A stretch of DNA of 64,000 bases from Gnetum montanum (GCA_015680685.1 MNCI01003186.1:453068-517067), one strand, 5' to 3'; counted from the first letter of the stretch, positions 25,270-39,749 are shown. The notes: generated by a model from the letters alone, not told the origin. Made by a program: numbers and translations.

Positions 25270-25335
25270 ATCACCTTCTCTCTATCTCATCTCTTCCTCT
25301 TCTTTGAGCCTTCTTTCACTTTTCCTTCACATATG
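25270..25335 (+). terminator. Pyrimidine-rich tract after the 26S (candidate Pol I termination / 3'ETS signal)
   Basis: C/T-rich run immediately 3' of the 26S, a typical position in plant rDNA. Confidence 0.35.
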
Positions 25336-25679
25336 CTTGGCCACATTCCATCTCATCAAAACTAATGTCTCATGGGGATCATCAGATAGGGGTCATGCAT
25401 TTTTTTAAGAGATGGGTATGTTTCCATCCCTAGGTAAATGGTCCCCTTCTTCTAAGTCAAATCTTGGATGGTAGCCTTAGAATTTGAATATTGATCATGC
25501 AAACAAGAAACCTTCCTTTCATATGAGGTTACACAGAGTGGAGACCACAACCGAAAAATGCCTTTACATGTAAAAACTTTTGATGATCATGGGGTTCTTG
25601 CTTTTGATCATGACCAACTCAATGAAACTCTCAAGCATTGGCCCATTTGTCCAGTTGAGACCTAAGTATTTATATCCAA

Positions 25680-28600
25680 ATGGATCCTTGGGATCAAGCA
25701 TTGGCCAAAAAGCCCCTTGGGACTAAAGGTTTGGCCTGACAAATCCTTAGGACCAAGAATTAGCGAAATAGACCCTTTGGGACCAAGCTAAATGGATCCT
25801 TCGGGACCAAGCATTGGAAAATGAATTCTTGGGACCAAGGGTTGATCTAATAGATCCTTTGGACAAATTTTTGGCCACAAAAATCCTTGAGAAAAAATTT
25901 ATAAGGGTGTAGGATGGTATGGCAAAGCCTAGGTTGGTAAAAGAAACCCTTAAGACAAACTATTGGCTAGATGGACCCTTGGGACCAACTATTGGCCAAA
26001 TGAACCCTTGGGACCAAGGGTTGACCCAATAGATCCTTGGGAGTAACTATTCATTAAACAGACCCTCAGCACTAAGTGTTGGGGAAATGAACCCTTGGGA
26101 CCAACTGTAGGCCAAATGGACCTTAGGACCAAATGTTACCCAAAAAAACCCTTAGGACTAGCTATAGTTAAAATGGACCCTTAGAACCAAATTTCATCCA
26201 AATAAACCCTTGGGAGCAAGGGTTGATCCAACATGCCCTTGGGATCAAGGGCTGCCCCAACAAATCCTTGGTATCAAGTGTTGGGAAAATGGATCCTTGG
26301 AAAAAAATTTATAAGCATGTAGGATGGTATGGTGGAGCTTCTATTCATAAAATAGATCCTCAAGATCAATTGTTGGCCAAATAGACCCTTAGGACCAAGG
26401 GTTGGCCCAACAAACCCTCCAGACGAAGTGGTGGCCAAATGGACCCTTTGGGCTGAGTGTTAGTCAAATGGATCCTCAAGATCAACTATTCACTGAATGG
26501 ACCCTTAGCACTAAGGGTTGACCTAAGAAACCCTCGAAATCAAGTGTTGCCCAAACAAACCCTTAGGACCAGTTGTAGGTAAAATAGACCCTTGGGACCA
26601 AATGTTGGCCACATAGACCCTTGGAATCAAATGTTATCCAAACAGATCCTCAAGACCAAGGGTTGTGACCCAATTAATCCTCTAGATAAAATGTTGGTCA
26701 CACAAACCCTTGGAACCAAGGGTTGGTCCAACAAATCCATAAGACCAACTGTTGACTAGATTGGACCCTCAGGTCGACTATAGGAAAAATAGATCCTTGA
26801 GATCAAGGGTTGTCTCAATGGATCCTCGAGATCAACCATTCATTAAAAAAATCCTTGGAATCAACCATAAGTAAAATAGAGCCTTAGGACCAACCAAGTG
26901 TTGGCCCCATGGTCCCTCACGATCAAGGTTTGGCCCAACAGACCCTTGGGATCAAGTGTTACCCAAACAAACCAAGGGCTGGGCTGATGGACCCTCAAGA
27001 CCAACTCTTGGTCAAATGGATCCTTGAGAAAAAATTTATAAGGATGTAGGATGGTATGGCAAAGCTTGGATTGGCAGAATGGATCCTCAAGATGAAATGT
27101 TGGCTAGATGAACCCTTGGGACCAATTGTTCACTAGAAAAACCTTTGAGACGAAGGGTTGGCCTAATAAACCCTTAAGAGCAATTGTTCACTGAATGGAC
27201 CCTGGGCACTAAGGGTTGGCCTGATGGATCCTCAAAACTAAGTATTGGCCAAATGGACCCTCAGGACCAAATGTTATCCAAATGGACCCTTGGAACTAGC
27301 TATAGGTAAAATGGACCCTTGAGATCAAATGTTGTCCATATGAACCCTCGAGACCAAGGGTTGACCCAATGGAGCATTTGGAAAAAGTGTTGGCCACATA
27401 GACCATTGGGACCAAATGTTGCCCAAATGGATCCTCGGGACCAAGGGTTGACCCAAAGAATCATCCAGACAAAGTGTTGGTCACATAGATCCTTGGGACT
27501 AAGGTTTAGCCCAACAAATCCTTAGGACCAAATTTAAAAGGGTGTAAGATATGTGGTGGAGCCTAGGTTGGCAAAATAACTATTGGCTAGATGGATCCTC
27601 AGGGTCAACTATAGGCAAAATGGATCCTTGAGACCAAGGATTGGCCCAACAGACCCTTAAAATCAAATTTTCATCAAATAGATCCTTGAGATCAACTGTA
27701 GGTAAAATAGAATCTTGGGACCAACCAAGTGTTGGCCCCATAGTCCCTTGTGATCAAGGTTTGACCCAATGGACCCTCGAGATCAAGTGTTGGCCAAATA
27801 GACCAATGGTTGGTCCAATGGACCCTCAAGATCAAGTGTTACCTAGATAGATCCTCGAGACTAACTATATGAAAAATAAACCCATAAGACTAATTGTTGA
27901 TCAAATATACCCTTGAGACAAAATTTATAAGGGTGCAGCATGGTATGATGGAGCCTAGGTTGGAGAAATGGACCCTTGGGACCAAGGGTTGGACCCATGG
28001 ACCCTTGAGCATAACTATTCACCAAATGGACCCTCGACACTAAGCATTGGCCTGATGAACCCTTGGAACCAAGTGTTGGCCAAACAGACCCTCAAGATCA
28101 ACTATTGGCAAAATGGACCCTTGGGACCAAATGTTGCCCAAATGAACCCTTAGGACCAATTGTAGACAAAATGGATCCTCAAGAACAAATGTTGTTGAAA
28201 TGGACCCTTGGGACCAAGGGTTAACCTAATGGATCCTTGGGATCAAGGGTTGTCCCAATGGACCCTCAGTACCAAGTGTTGGGAAAACAAACCATTAGGA
28301 CCAAATTTATAAGTGTAAAAGAAGGTATGGCAGAGCCTGGGTTGGCAAAATGGACCATCTAGACCAACTGTTGGCCAGACAGACCCTTAGGACCAAGGAT
28401 TGGCCTAACAGACCCTTTGAAACAAGTGTTGGCCAAATGACCCTCAGAGCTGAGTGTTGGTCAAATGGTCCCTCAAGATCAACTATTCATTGATAGACCC
28501 TTAGCACTAAGGGTTGGCTTAACAAACCCTCAGAACCAAGTGTTGGCCAAATAGACCCTAAAGACCAACTGTAGGAAAAATGAACCCTCAAGACCAAATG

Positions 28601-29490
28601 TTGTCCAAATGGATCCTTGAGATCAATTATTCATCGAATAGACCCCCAGCACTAAGGGTTGGCTTGACAAACCCTTGGAACTAAGTGTTGGCAAAATGGA
28701 CCCTCGAGACCAACTATAGATAAAATGGATCCTCAAGATCAAATGTTGCCCAAATGGATCCTCGAGACCAAGGGTTGACCCAACAAACCCTCCAAACAAA
28801 GTGTTGGCCACATGGACCCTTGGGACCATTGCCCAAATGAATCCTGAAGACTAAGGGTTGACCCAAAGGATCCTCTAGATAAAGTGTTGGACACACAAAA
28901 CCTTGGGATCAAGGGTTGGCCCAACAAACCCTCGAGACCAAGTGTTGGCCAGATAGACCTGTAGGACCAAAGGTTGACCCAACAAACCCTTAGGATCAAG
29001 TGTTGGCCAAACTCACCCTTAGGACCAAAGGTTGGCCCAACAAACCCTCGATACCAAGTGTTCAACAAACTGATCCTCAAGACCAACTGTAGGCAAAATG
29101 AACCTTGGGGACTGAATGTTGGCAACATGGATCCTCAGGATTGAGTATTGCCAAAGTGGATCCTCAGGATCAAGTGTTGGCCAAACAGATGCTGGGGATA
29201 AAATGTTGGCAAAATGAACCCTCAAGAGCAAGGGTTGATCCAATGGATCCACTAGACAAAGTGTTGGCCACATAGACCCTCAGGACCAAATGTTGGCAAA
29301 AGGAAACCTCATGACCAACTATAGGTAAAATGGACACTTGGGACCAAGGGTTGGCCCAATGGATCCTTGGGACCAAGTGTTGGCCAAACGAACCCTCACA
29401 ACCAAGTGTTGGCCAAATGGATCCTTGAGATCAATTATAGGGAAAATGGACCCTCAAGACCAAGGGTTGGCCTAATGGACCCTTGGGACC
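25680..29490 (+). repeat. rDNA IGS subrepeat array A, unit 2
   Basis: Same 29-30 bp unit and the same embedded AAATTTATAAGGG modules as 1-3173. Confidence 0.85.
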
Positions 29491-29559
29491 AAATTTTTAA
29501 GGTGGGAGGATAGTATGGTAGAGCTTGGCCCAACCAACATATATAGGGAGATGTAGCAT

Positions 29560-32500
29560 TCTCCCTGGGAGCACTTCATAATGTCCTTACAAGAGTGATA
29601 TCCATGGGAGTGCCTTGCCTATCTATGCAACCAAGAGCACTCTCCTTGAAAGCACCTTCCATAGTGCATGTAAGAGCATTCCCCCTAAGCACACCTCATG
29701 TAGTGCTCTAAAGAGTGCCTCACACAGTGTTTGCAAAAGGGCTCTATTTGGAAGCACCTTGCATTGTGCATGCAAGAGTGTTCTCATTAAGAGCATCCTT
29801 CTTGAGAACACCCTCCCTTAGAGTGATCTCCTTGAGCATGCCCATCCTGAAAGAATTCTCCCTAGGAGCACCCTCCCTAAGAGTGTTCTCCCTCAAAGCA
29901 CATTTCCTAAGAATTCCCTCCCTTGAGAGTACTCTCCGTAATACCAAATGTTTAAGGGTGCATAATGGTATGGCAAAGCCTGGTTAAATCAACGTATACG
30001 GGGAGAGGCAACATTCTTCCTAAGAGCACCACATGGTGCTCTCCATGGAAGCACCTCACATAGCTATGCTAGCAAGAGCGCTCTTCCAAGAGTGCCTCAT
30101 GTAGTGCTTGTAGGAGTGCTCTCCTTGGGAGTGCCTTATGATACACATATGATATTGTTCTCTCTAAGAAAGTCCTCCTTAAGAGAGCCTTACACTATGC
30201 ACATGAGAGCATTCTCCTTGAGAGCATCCTTCTTCAAAGCATTCTCTTAAAGAGAACTCTCCCTAAGAGTACCCTCCCTAAGAATGCCTTCGCTAAGAGC
30301 ATTCTTCTAGAGAGTTCCCTCCATGAGAATGCCATACCTAAGAGCATTCTTCCTAAAGGCATCCTCCCTGAGAGCACCCTCCCTAAGAATGCCCTCCTTG
30401 AGAGTGTTCTCCCTAAGAACACCCATCCTAAGCATGCTCTCCCTAAGAGCACCCTCCATTAGAGTGCCATCCTTGAGAGCACCCTCCCTAGGAGCTCCTT
30501 TCTTGAGAGCACTTTCCCTAAGAGCACCCTCCCTAAGCATGTTCTTTGTGAGAGTGTCCTCCTTGAGAACACCCTTCTTGAGAGAATTCTCCTTGAGAGC
30601 ATTCCCCCTAAGAGCAACCTTCCTAAGAGTTCTCCCTGAGAGTGCCATCCCTAAGAATGCCCTTTCTAAGATCACCCACCCTAATAATGCACCCCTATAA
30701 GTGTTCTCCCTAAGAGTTCCCTTCCTAGGAGTGTTCTCCTTGAGAGAACCCTCCATGGGCATGTTCTCCTTGAGAGTGTCCTCCTACATACCAAATTTAT
30801 AAGGGTGCAATATATTATGGTAGAGCCTAGTCCAATCAACATATATGGGGACAAGTAGCATTTCCCCTGAGAGCAGCACATGATGCTCTCATGAGAGTGC
30901 TTTCCATGGGAGCACCTCACATAGCTACACTAGCAAGAACACTCTCTCGAGAGTGCCTCATGTAGCACTTGCAAGAGTGCCATCCATGGGAGTTCCTAGT
31001 GCTATGCACATGATAGTGTTCTCTCTGAGAGTATCCTCCTCCTTGAGAGCATCCTCATTGAGAACATTCTCTTGGAGAGCATTCTCCCTTAAAATGCCCT
31101 CCTTAAGAGCATTCTCCTATGGAGAACTTTTCCTAAGAATGCTCTCCTTGAGAGTGGTCTCCTTGAAAGAATTCTCCCTAAGGACGACCTCCTTAAGTAT
31201 GCCTTCCTTAAGAGTGTTCTCCATGAGCATGCTCTTCTTGAGAATGTCCTCTCTAAGAGCATCCTCCATGAGAGAACTTTCCCTAAGATAGTTCTCCTTG
31301 AGAGCATCCTCCCTAAGCATGTTCTCCTTGAGAGAACCATCCCTAAGAGCACTCTTCCTAAGAGCATTCTCCTTGAGAGCATCCTCCTTGAAAATGCCCT
31401 CCCTAAGAGTGTTCTCCTTAAGAGCACCCTCCTTTAAGGCATTCTCATTAATAACATCCTCCACAAGCACATTCTCCTTGAGAGAACCCTTCCTAAGAGT
31501 GTCCTCTATGAGAGCAGCCTTCCTAAGAGTACCTTCACTGAGATAGTCCTCCTTGAGAGTATTCTCCCTAAGATCACCCTCCTTGAGATCACCCTCACTA
31601 AGAGTTTTTTTTCTTAAGAGCACCCACCCTTAGAGTGATCTCCCTAAGAGTGTCCTTAGTGAGAGTGCCTTACATTGTGCATGTGAGAATGTTCTCTATG
31701 AGGGGGCCATCTTTGAGAGCATTCTCCTTGAGAGTGCCCTCACTCAGTGCAGTCTCTCTAAGAGTGCTCTTCTTGAGAATGCCCTCTTGAAGACCAAATT
31801 TATAAGGGTGCAAGATGGTTTGGTTGGGCCTAGTCCAATCAACATATATAGGGCAAGGTAGGTTGACTTCCCTAGGATGCACTTTTAGAAGAAGTTGAGT
31901 GTATCTTAGGCCATCATAGATGCACTTTTGAGTGATGCTAAGTTCATTCTTAACCTTAATAGATGCACGTTCTGGTGATGCTAAGTGTGTCCTAGGCTAT
32001 CATGGATTCACATTTGCAAGAGCACTCTTCTTGGGAGTGTTGTGTGGTGTGCACGTGTAAGAGTTCCTTGTGTTGTGCACGTGAGAGAATTCTCCTTGAG
32101 ATCACCCTTCTATAGAGTGGTCTCCCTAAGAGGGTCCTCATGAGAGCACCTTGCATTGTGCATGCAAGACCATTTTCTCTAAGAGTGTTTTCTTTTTATG
32201 AGCATTCTCCTTGAGAGTGCCCTCACTTAGTACAATCTCTATGAGAGTTCTCTTCTTGAGAACATCCTCTTTGAGACCAAATTTATAAGGGTGCAAAATG
32301 GTTTGGTAGAGCTTAGCATAGTTAACATATATAGGGGGAGGTAGGTTGACTCCCATAGGATGCACTTTTAAGAGAATCTGAGTGCATCTTAGGCCATCAT
32401 GGATGCCCTTTTGGGTGATGTTGAGTGCATTCTTGACCTTAACGAATGTACTTTCAAGTGATGCTGAGTGCATCCTAGGCTATCATGGATGCACATTTGG

Positions 32501-34510
32501 TATGATTATGAGTGCATCTATCGCCTCCATGGGTATGCTTTCAAGGAGGATGCTCCCAGGGAGAATGCACACATGGAGTGCATTCTCAAGATGAACACTC
32601 TTAGGGAAGGCTCTCCTAGGGAGGATGCCCTCCTTAAGGATGCCCTTAGGGAGAACACTTTAAGGGATACCACTCTTAAGAAGGGTGTTCTTAGGGAGGG
32701 TGCTTGCTGGAAGAATGCTCATAGGGAGGACATTTTTAGGGAGGGCACTCTCAAGGAGAATTCTCTCATGGAGAATACTCTTAGATGCATAATGCAAGGA
32801 ACTCTTAGGGAGGATGCTCCTAGAAAGAATACTATCACATGTGCAGTGAGGCACTTCCAAGGGAAGCACTATTACATGCACTACATGAGGCACTCTCGAG
32901 AGAGTGCTCTTGCCAACATAGCTATGTGAGGTGCTCCCATGGAGAGCACTCTCACGAGAGCACCATTTAGTACTCTTAGGAAGAATGTTACCTCTCCCAT
33001 ATATGTTGATTGGACCAGGCTCTACCATACCATCCTACATACTTATAAATTTGGTGTCATGGAGGGCACTCTTAAGGAGAACACTCTCATGGAGGATGCC
33101 CTCAAAGAGAACTCTCCTAGGGAGGGAATTCCTAGGAAGGGCACTCTTAGTGAGAAATCTCTTAGGGATGTTACTCTCAAGGAGAACACTCTTGGGAAAG
33201 GCATTCTTGGGGAGGTTGCTCTTAGGGAGAGCATGCTCAAGGAGCTTGTTCTCAGGGAGGATGCTCTAATAGAGAACAGTCTCAATGTGGGCACTCTAGG
33301 TGAGGGTGCTCTATAGGAGACAATTCTTAAGAATGATTCCCTTAGGAATTTTTCTCTCACAAAGAACACTTTCAAGGAGGGCATTCTTAAGGCGGGTACT
33401 CTTATGAAGGATGCCCTTAGGAAGAGCACTCTTAGGGAGACCTCTCTCAAGGATGGCACTCTCACAAAGAACACTCTTAAGAAGGGTGTTCTTAGCGAGG
33501 GTACACTTACGAAGGGCACCCTCAGGGGAAACATTTTTAAGGGGATCAGTCTCAAGGTGGTCATTATTAGGGAGGGTGATCTCTTAGAGAACTCTCTTAT
33601 AAAGGTTGCTCTTAGGAAGGGTGTTCTTAGGGAGGGCACTTTCAGGGAGAGCATGTTATTCCTAAGAGTGTTCTCTCAAAGAGCATTCTTTATGAGAGCA
33701 CCCTCTATGAGAGCATTCTCCCTAAGAGCTTCCTCCCTTAGAAAGTCCTCCCTTAGAGAACTCTCCATGAGAGTATCATTTATTAGACCATCCTTCCTTA
33801 GAGCATTCACCTTGGGAGTGCACTCTGTGAGATCACATCACATAGATGTGACGGAAAGAGCTTTTGCCCAAGAGTGCCTCACTTAACAGTTGCGAGAGCA
33901 CTCTTCCTGTGAGTGTCAGGTGGTGTGCATGTGAGAGTGTGCTCCTTGACAGCACCTTGTGCTATGCACGTGATAGTGTTCTCCTTGACAGCATCCTCGA
34001 TGAGAGTGTTCTTATTAAGATCAACCTTACTGAGAGCATTCTTCCTGAGAGCATCCTTCCTTAGAGCGCTTTCCATGAGAGTGTCCTTTGTTAGAGCATC
34101 CTTCCTTAAAGCATTCTCCTTGAGACCATGCTTTGTAAATCACATTTCATAGCTACGATGGGAAGAGCTTTCTCCCAAGAGCACCTCACTTAGTGCTTGT
34201 GAGAGCACTCTTCCTAGAAGTGCCACATGGTGTGCACATGAGAGTGTGCTTCCTAAGAGTGCCTTATGCGATGCACATGATAGAATTCTCCTTGAGAGTG
34301 CCCTCGGTGAGAGTGTTCTCCTTGAGATCACCCTCCCAAAGAGCAATCTCCTTGAGAGGATCCTTGATGAGAGCACCTTATGCTGTGCACAGGAGAGCGT
34401 TCTCTCTAAGGGTATCCTCTTTAAGAGAGTTCTCTCTAAGGGTATCCTCATTGAGAGTGCCCTGACTCAGTGGATAGTCTCTATGAGAGGGCTATTCTTG
34501 AGAATGCCAT
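29560..34510 (+). repeat. rDNA IGS subrepeat array B with promoter-like modules, unit 2
   Basis: Collinear with 3240-8235. Modules at ~29491, 29945, 30793, 31795, 32278 and 34520. Confidence 0.85.
32543..33655 (-). repeat. Inverted B block with minus-strand promoter-like module (32990-33055), unit 2
   Basis: Same junctions as 6571-7365 (after GGTATGCTTTCA; before GTT.TTCCTAAGAG). Confidence 0.85.
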
Positions 34511-36366
34511 CTTTGAGACAAAATTTATAAGGGTGACATATATAGGGGAAGGTAGGCCGACTTCCCCAAGATGCACTTCTAGGAGAAGCTGAGTGCATCT
34601 TAGGCCATCATAGATGTACTTTTGGGTGATGCTAATTGCATTCTTGGCCATAATAGATGCACTTTTAGGTGATGTTAAGAAAGTCCTAAGCTATCATGGA
34701 TGCATGTTCAAGTGTGATTATGAGTGTGTCTGTGGCCTCCATAGGTATGCTTTTAGGTGAAGTTGAGTGCATACTTGTTTGAAGGCTTCAAATCATGTTT
34801 CATGCAAGCATTCTCTGTAGAGGCTTCTCATGTTACACAAGAGCATTTACTAAACACATTTTTTGTTGGATGTGCATTGTGTTTTATTGCTCTCCTTTGG
34901 AAGGCTTTTGGTTGCATTGGTGAGATGTTTTTATGTATTTGCATTGCCTTATGGTGGCTCAACTTGGAGGCTCTTATCTTAACATAGTCAATCACCCCCT
35001 ATTGGTTGTGCATCATTTCACTATTACGCTACTCAAAAAAAGCTTTAGGTAGCATTTTCAATTTCTTTTTATGGATGTGAATCTTGTCATAGTTGCATCA
35101 TTTTATTGGAATTATCTCATGTATGTGTGCAATCTTCATGGAGGTGCATCACATTACTTATGCAAGCATTCTTCTTCCTGAAGATATTATTTGTAGTATA
35201 CGTGAGTGTTCTCTTTTTGGAGACACCATGAATAGCATACCCTAGAGATCTCTCCTTGGAGGTGTCATTATTGTTGATGTGAGAGAAATTTCCTTGAAGG
35301 CTCCCATTCTATGAATGTGAAAGCACTTTTTTTGAAAGTGCCCATCATTGTGAATGTGAGAGCACTATTCTTGAAGTTTCCTAGTGTTGTGGATGCAAGA
35401 GCATTGTTCTTGGAGGCATCTTAGTCAACCAATGCAATAGTGTTTTCCTTGAAGGTGCCTAGGCTTCATCATTGTGAGATCATTCTTCTTCAAAGTGCCT
35501 TTTTAAGCCCATGTGAGAGCATTGTTGTTGAATAAAGTTGGCATTGAGGGTGTGAGAGTGCTCTCCTAGGAAGTGTCTTGCTTCTTAGACTTGAGAGCAT
35601 TCTCCTTGGAGATGCCATGAATAGCATATCCTAGAGATCTCTCCTTGGAGGTATCGCAATTGATGATGTGAGAGAAATTTCCTTCAAGGCTCCCATCATA
35701 TAGATCTGAAAGCACTTTTTTTGAAAGTGCCCAGCATTGTGAATGTGAGAGCACTCTTCTTGGAGTTGCCTAGTGTTGTGGATGGTAGAGAATTATTCTT
35801 AGAGGCATCTCAATCTACCAATGTGATGGTGTTTTTCTTGAAGGTGCCTAGGCTTCATCATTGCAAGATAGTTCCTCTTTGATATGCCTTTTTTTACCAA
35901 TGTGAGAATGCTATTGTTGAAGGTGGCTAGCATTGAGGACATGAGAGCACTCTCCTAGGAAGTGCCTTGCTCCTTGGACTTGAGAGCATACTCCTGGGAG
36001 GCACTTCACTACATGGATGAAAAAGGCATTCTTCTATGAAGTGGCTCCCTTCGTGGATGTGAGAGTAACTTTTTGGAAGTTGTATCAAGCTGTGTAAGGG
36101 AGATCTATCTCATATGAGACTCTTTGCACTAAGGAAGAGAGATTGCTTTTCTCAAAAATAGTTTGTTCCTTTGGTTAGAAGAAGGCTCTCCTTGGGGTTG
36201 CCCTAAGCTTGGTAGGCAAGAGTGCTCTTCATTGAGGTGCCTTGGGTAGCCCACATGCAAAGGCTATTCTTTAAGGCCTCTCACATTACACATGTGAGAG
36301 TACTCTCTTTGGAGGTGTTTCATGTTGGATACATAAGAGTTCTCTCCTTGCATTTATCCTTTGCAA

Positions 36367-36435
36367 CCAAGTTTATAAGGGTGTAGGATAGTATGGTAGA
36401 ACCTAGTCAAATCAACATATATAGGGGAAGGTAGG
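36367..36435 (+). promoter_or_regulatory. Putative rRNA gene promoter of unit 2 (TATATAGGGGA at 36418)
   Basis: Homolog of 10337-10405 with collinear flanks. Confidence 0.6.
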
Positions 36436-38570
36436 TTGACTCCCCTAGGACATACTTTCAGGTGAAGTTGAGTGCATCTTAGGCCATCATAGATGCACTC
36501 TTGGATGATGCTGAGTGTATTTTTGGCCTTAACATATGCACTTTTAGGTGATGTTGAGTGCATCCTAGGCTATTATGGACGTACTATCAAATGCATTCTT
36601 GGACCAATTATATACTAGATGGGGGGATGGTGGGGGATAGAAATGATTATTTCTAATAGGGATATAACATTATGTGGGTCCTCCCTAGGGATGTCTCTCC
36701 CTGTGCATGAAATCATGGCCTCATTGTTAACATTTGTGACTCACAAGCCTTGTTGTGAGAAGGATGCCTTAGTGGATGGCGTGTCCAAATTCTTCAATGT
36801 TTATGATTGAGAGAAAAGGCTCATAGAGTTGTGGACATGTTTAACGGGGTTAGTTGCATTTCTTGGAGGGATTTCATGCTTCACAGTGGAATATTTATTA
36901 TGTTGTATACCTTCTTACCATATCTTATGATTGGGCCAGATTCAATCATGTCATCCTACAATCTTTTATAAATTAGTTTTCAAGGGACATCATTGATGTA
37001 TGCATGGATAGTTGTTAGATGGTATGTTTGGGTTTGTCTTGGTTATAATCTATGGGGGGAAGGTGGGGGGAGAGCAGTGATGACTATTCGTAGGGAGAGA
37101 GTGATATGTGGGTTTCCCCTACCAGGGATGTCTCATCCTACCCACAATATCACAATCTCTTTGTTCATGTTTGTGAATCATGAGGCTTGTTACAAGAAGG
37201 ACATCCCTAGGGCAGGGGGTGTCCATGTTGTTTGATGTTTATGGTTGCAATAAAAGACTTGTAGAGTTGCAGACACGTTCCATGAGGTTGGTTGCCTAGG
37301 AAAGCCTAGATTCAAAGAAGCATGTATGGTTAGCTTGCAGTGTGATTATCTTAAATGTTTTTGTACATGTCTTAGGAGTTCATTTGTGAGATGGATGCAT
37401 CAAGTGGATAGGGCATCAATACTGATGGCCTACAACATTAAAAATGTTTCTCTAAAAATAATAGTGGTTAGGCATGTGAAAATGACTACGTTAATATCGT
37501 GTGGTTGAGGTAGCAGAGCATCTTGACACCCCCACAGGGTAGTGTCAGGTGCAAGCTTTCTTTGTCTGATCATATATTCAACTACCCAATAGCACATAGG
37601 TGGTAAATGCAAGTTCACATGCACGAGATGGGGAACAAAGAGGATATAGGTTCTTGTGTCCTTCATGCATGTGTAGGTGCCTTGCTCTACGGTGCTAGGG
37701 AGTGTGTTATTCCTTAGGATGAGTCAACCAGGAAACTAGATGAATAGAATGTGAAAGGTTTTCATAGAGTACATTAATTGGAAATGTGAGTGCATCAATG
37801 TAGATGTTAATTTGGGATCCTCAAGTCATGGTCTTGTGCTAACCCTTAAGGATTGTGGATGTAGGTATTCAGGTTGTTGTTTTGTGATCATATCATCTCA
37901 AAATTTACCTTTTATGGATTCAAAGATTTACACTAGACCTTCCCTTAGAGTAACTTCTCCAATTTGAATGTTTGCTCATCCTTGGCCATAAACTTTCCAA
38001 GGGTTATGAGTAGTTAGATAAATGGTAGAGGCTCATGCCTTTTAAATCCATTTTTTGGCTATGTGACACTCTATTTTTGGGTTTCATAGAGGACCTTGTG
38101 GGTGTGTGGTTTTTGCATGATGAATGCTAATATCTAGAAGCCTAATTCCTAGGAGGCATGTCTACTTATCTTGTGGTGTGACTATGCTAAATGTTCTGGT
38201 TTTCAGGAATATTTGTGATAGCCTAGGGTGTGATGGTCCTTAGGGTTTATGTTCATGAATCTTGAGCTAATTTCAGAGACAAATTCCCTCCTTGGTTTAT
38301 ACATATGATTGATAAAGAAAGGCTTGTGAAGGTGTGGATGTGTTCTATGGTGTCCATGATTAAAGAGTGTCTAGTGAGTGCATCTATTTTTTAGGGTGAG
38401 TCAACAAAGAAATCAAATTAATAAAATGTGAAGCATGCTCACAAAGTATGTTAATTGGAAACATGAGTACCTAAATGCAAATTTTTATCTAGGAATCTCA
38501 AACCATGGTCTAGCATTAACCCTTGAGGTTGGAGTTAGAAATTCAAGCCACCAAGGATTGTGGTGCAAGT
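36436..38570 (+). repeat. Truncated 5'ETS of unit 2 (includes one full D repeat and the start of a second)
   Basis: Collinear with 10405 onward. Homology stops abruptly after CCAAGGATTGTGGTGCAAGT. Confidence 0.8.
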
Positions 38571-39749
38571 ACCAACTTAGATCGATGATGCCGCATGGAT
38601 TGTGTTCAATCCCCAAAGTAAGGAGGAGAAGATGAAGGCACTACTAGATTCCTTCCATCTTCCACTAGAAGTAGCAACTACAATAGGATAGTCATAGCAA
38701 CCATTACAACCTCAACCACCACTGCCACAAGCACTAGAGGCTAGAGAAGGGTTTTTAGCATCCCAAGAGCCTCCACCTCTTGGCACTGTTTAATCATCTC
38801 TTCATCTTCAACCATTAAAATATTTCCAACTATCTAGTTTTGAAAAGGATGTTCAATTTTATAATCATTGTAAATCCATATAATCAGGCACTTCGAGTAG
38901 TTAGTGAGTTAATCAGTTTGTGGTTCTATGCCTTCCCAATTTTGTAAGAAACTCAATCCTACTTTTGTTCACTCGAGGATGAGTTTTCACTTAATTGTGG
39001 GGGTATGATGAACTACATCGATTTGTGCATCTATTTCATTTATGACATTGTAGAGTTAATAGCTTAGTGAAGTTCTTACAGTTTCTTTCCATGAAAGTTA
39101 GAATATTTTCTAAGTGCCCACAGTAAGAGTCAAGGATTTTATAGATCCTTATTTGATCACCAATGTACCTAGACATATTGATGTGATAACAATAAAAACA
39201 AGATTCTTGAAATACCTTGTAGCACTTGGAAATAACTTAATGTTTACTTTTATGCACTTTACTATTCATGCACTTTTACTTCATGGTCTTAGTTAAATAA
39301 TTAATTAATGGGTTTAATTAATAAATGTAGGTACGACTACCTTGAGCATAACGTTAATGCTTAGTAATCCCATCAATGTTATCACTTGGTAACCCAGTAG
39401 CATTATAACAAGTACAAGATGTGTATGGAAGTTAGGACCAAATTCTTATGTTAGGAAATAGAATAAGGCACTAGATAGTTACTTAGATTAGTTTCCAATT
39501 GATTACCTTATTTCACACTTAGGATAATTAGATAAAAAATATAAAACTAATGCAAATCATGTGTCTTGGCTTCACTTAACCATATGTGTGCACTTACACA
39601 AGTGTAGCCAAGAATATAACGATCATGTCTATAGATCACTATCTTTGCTATCGACATTTGGAAAACTAAAGTCCATGAAATTTGACTAGATCACTAGTGA
39701 ATGCTTGTGATTTGTATGGTTAGGTGTAGGGACTACTTATCCCTAATCA
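38571..39749 (+). mobile_element. 3' fragment of an Athila-like element: internal 3' end, PPT (~38996-39005) and LTR (39006-39749)
   Basis: GAGGATGAGTTTTCACTTAATTGTGGGGGTA|TGATG matches the PPT/LTR junctions at 60979 and 63643. The LTR shares AGTTAGAATATTTTC and GTATGGTTAGGTGTAGGG motifs with the other LTRs. Confidence 0.75.

Noticed and set aside
25266-25680. Linked 5S rRNA gene in the spacer
   Set aside because: No 5S-like sequence was recognised on either strand by eye; a covariance search would be needed to exclude it fully.
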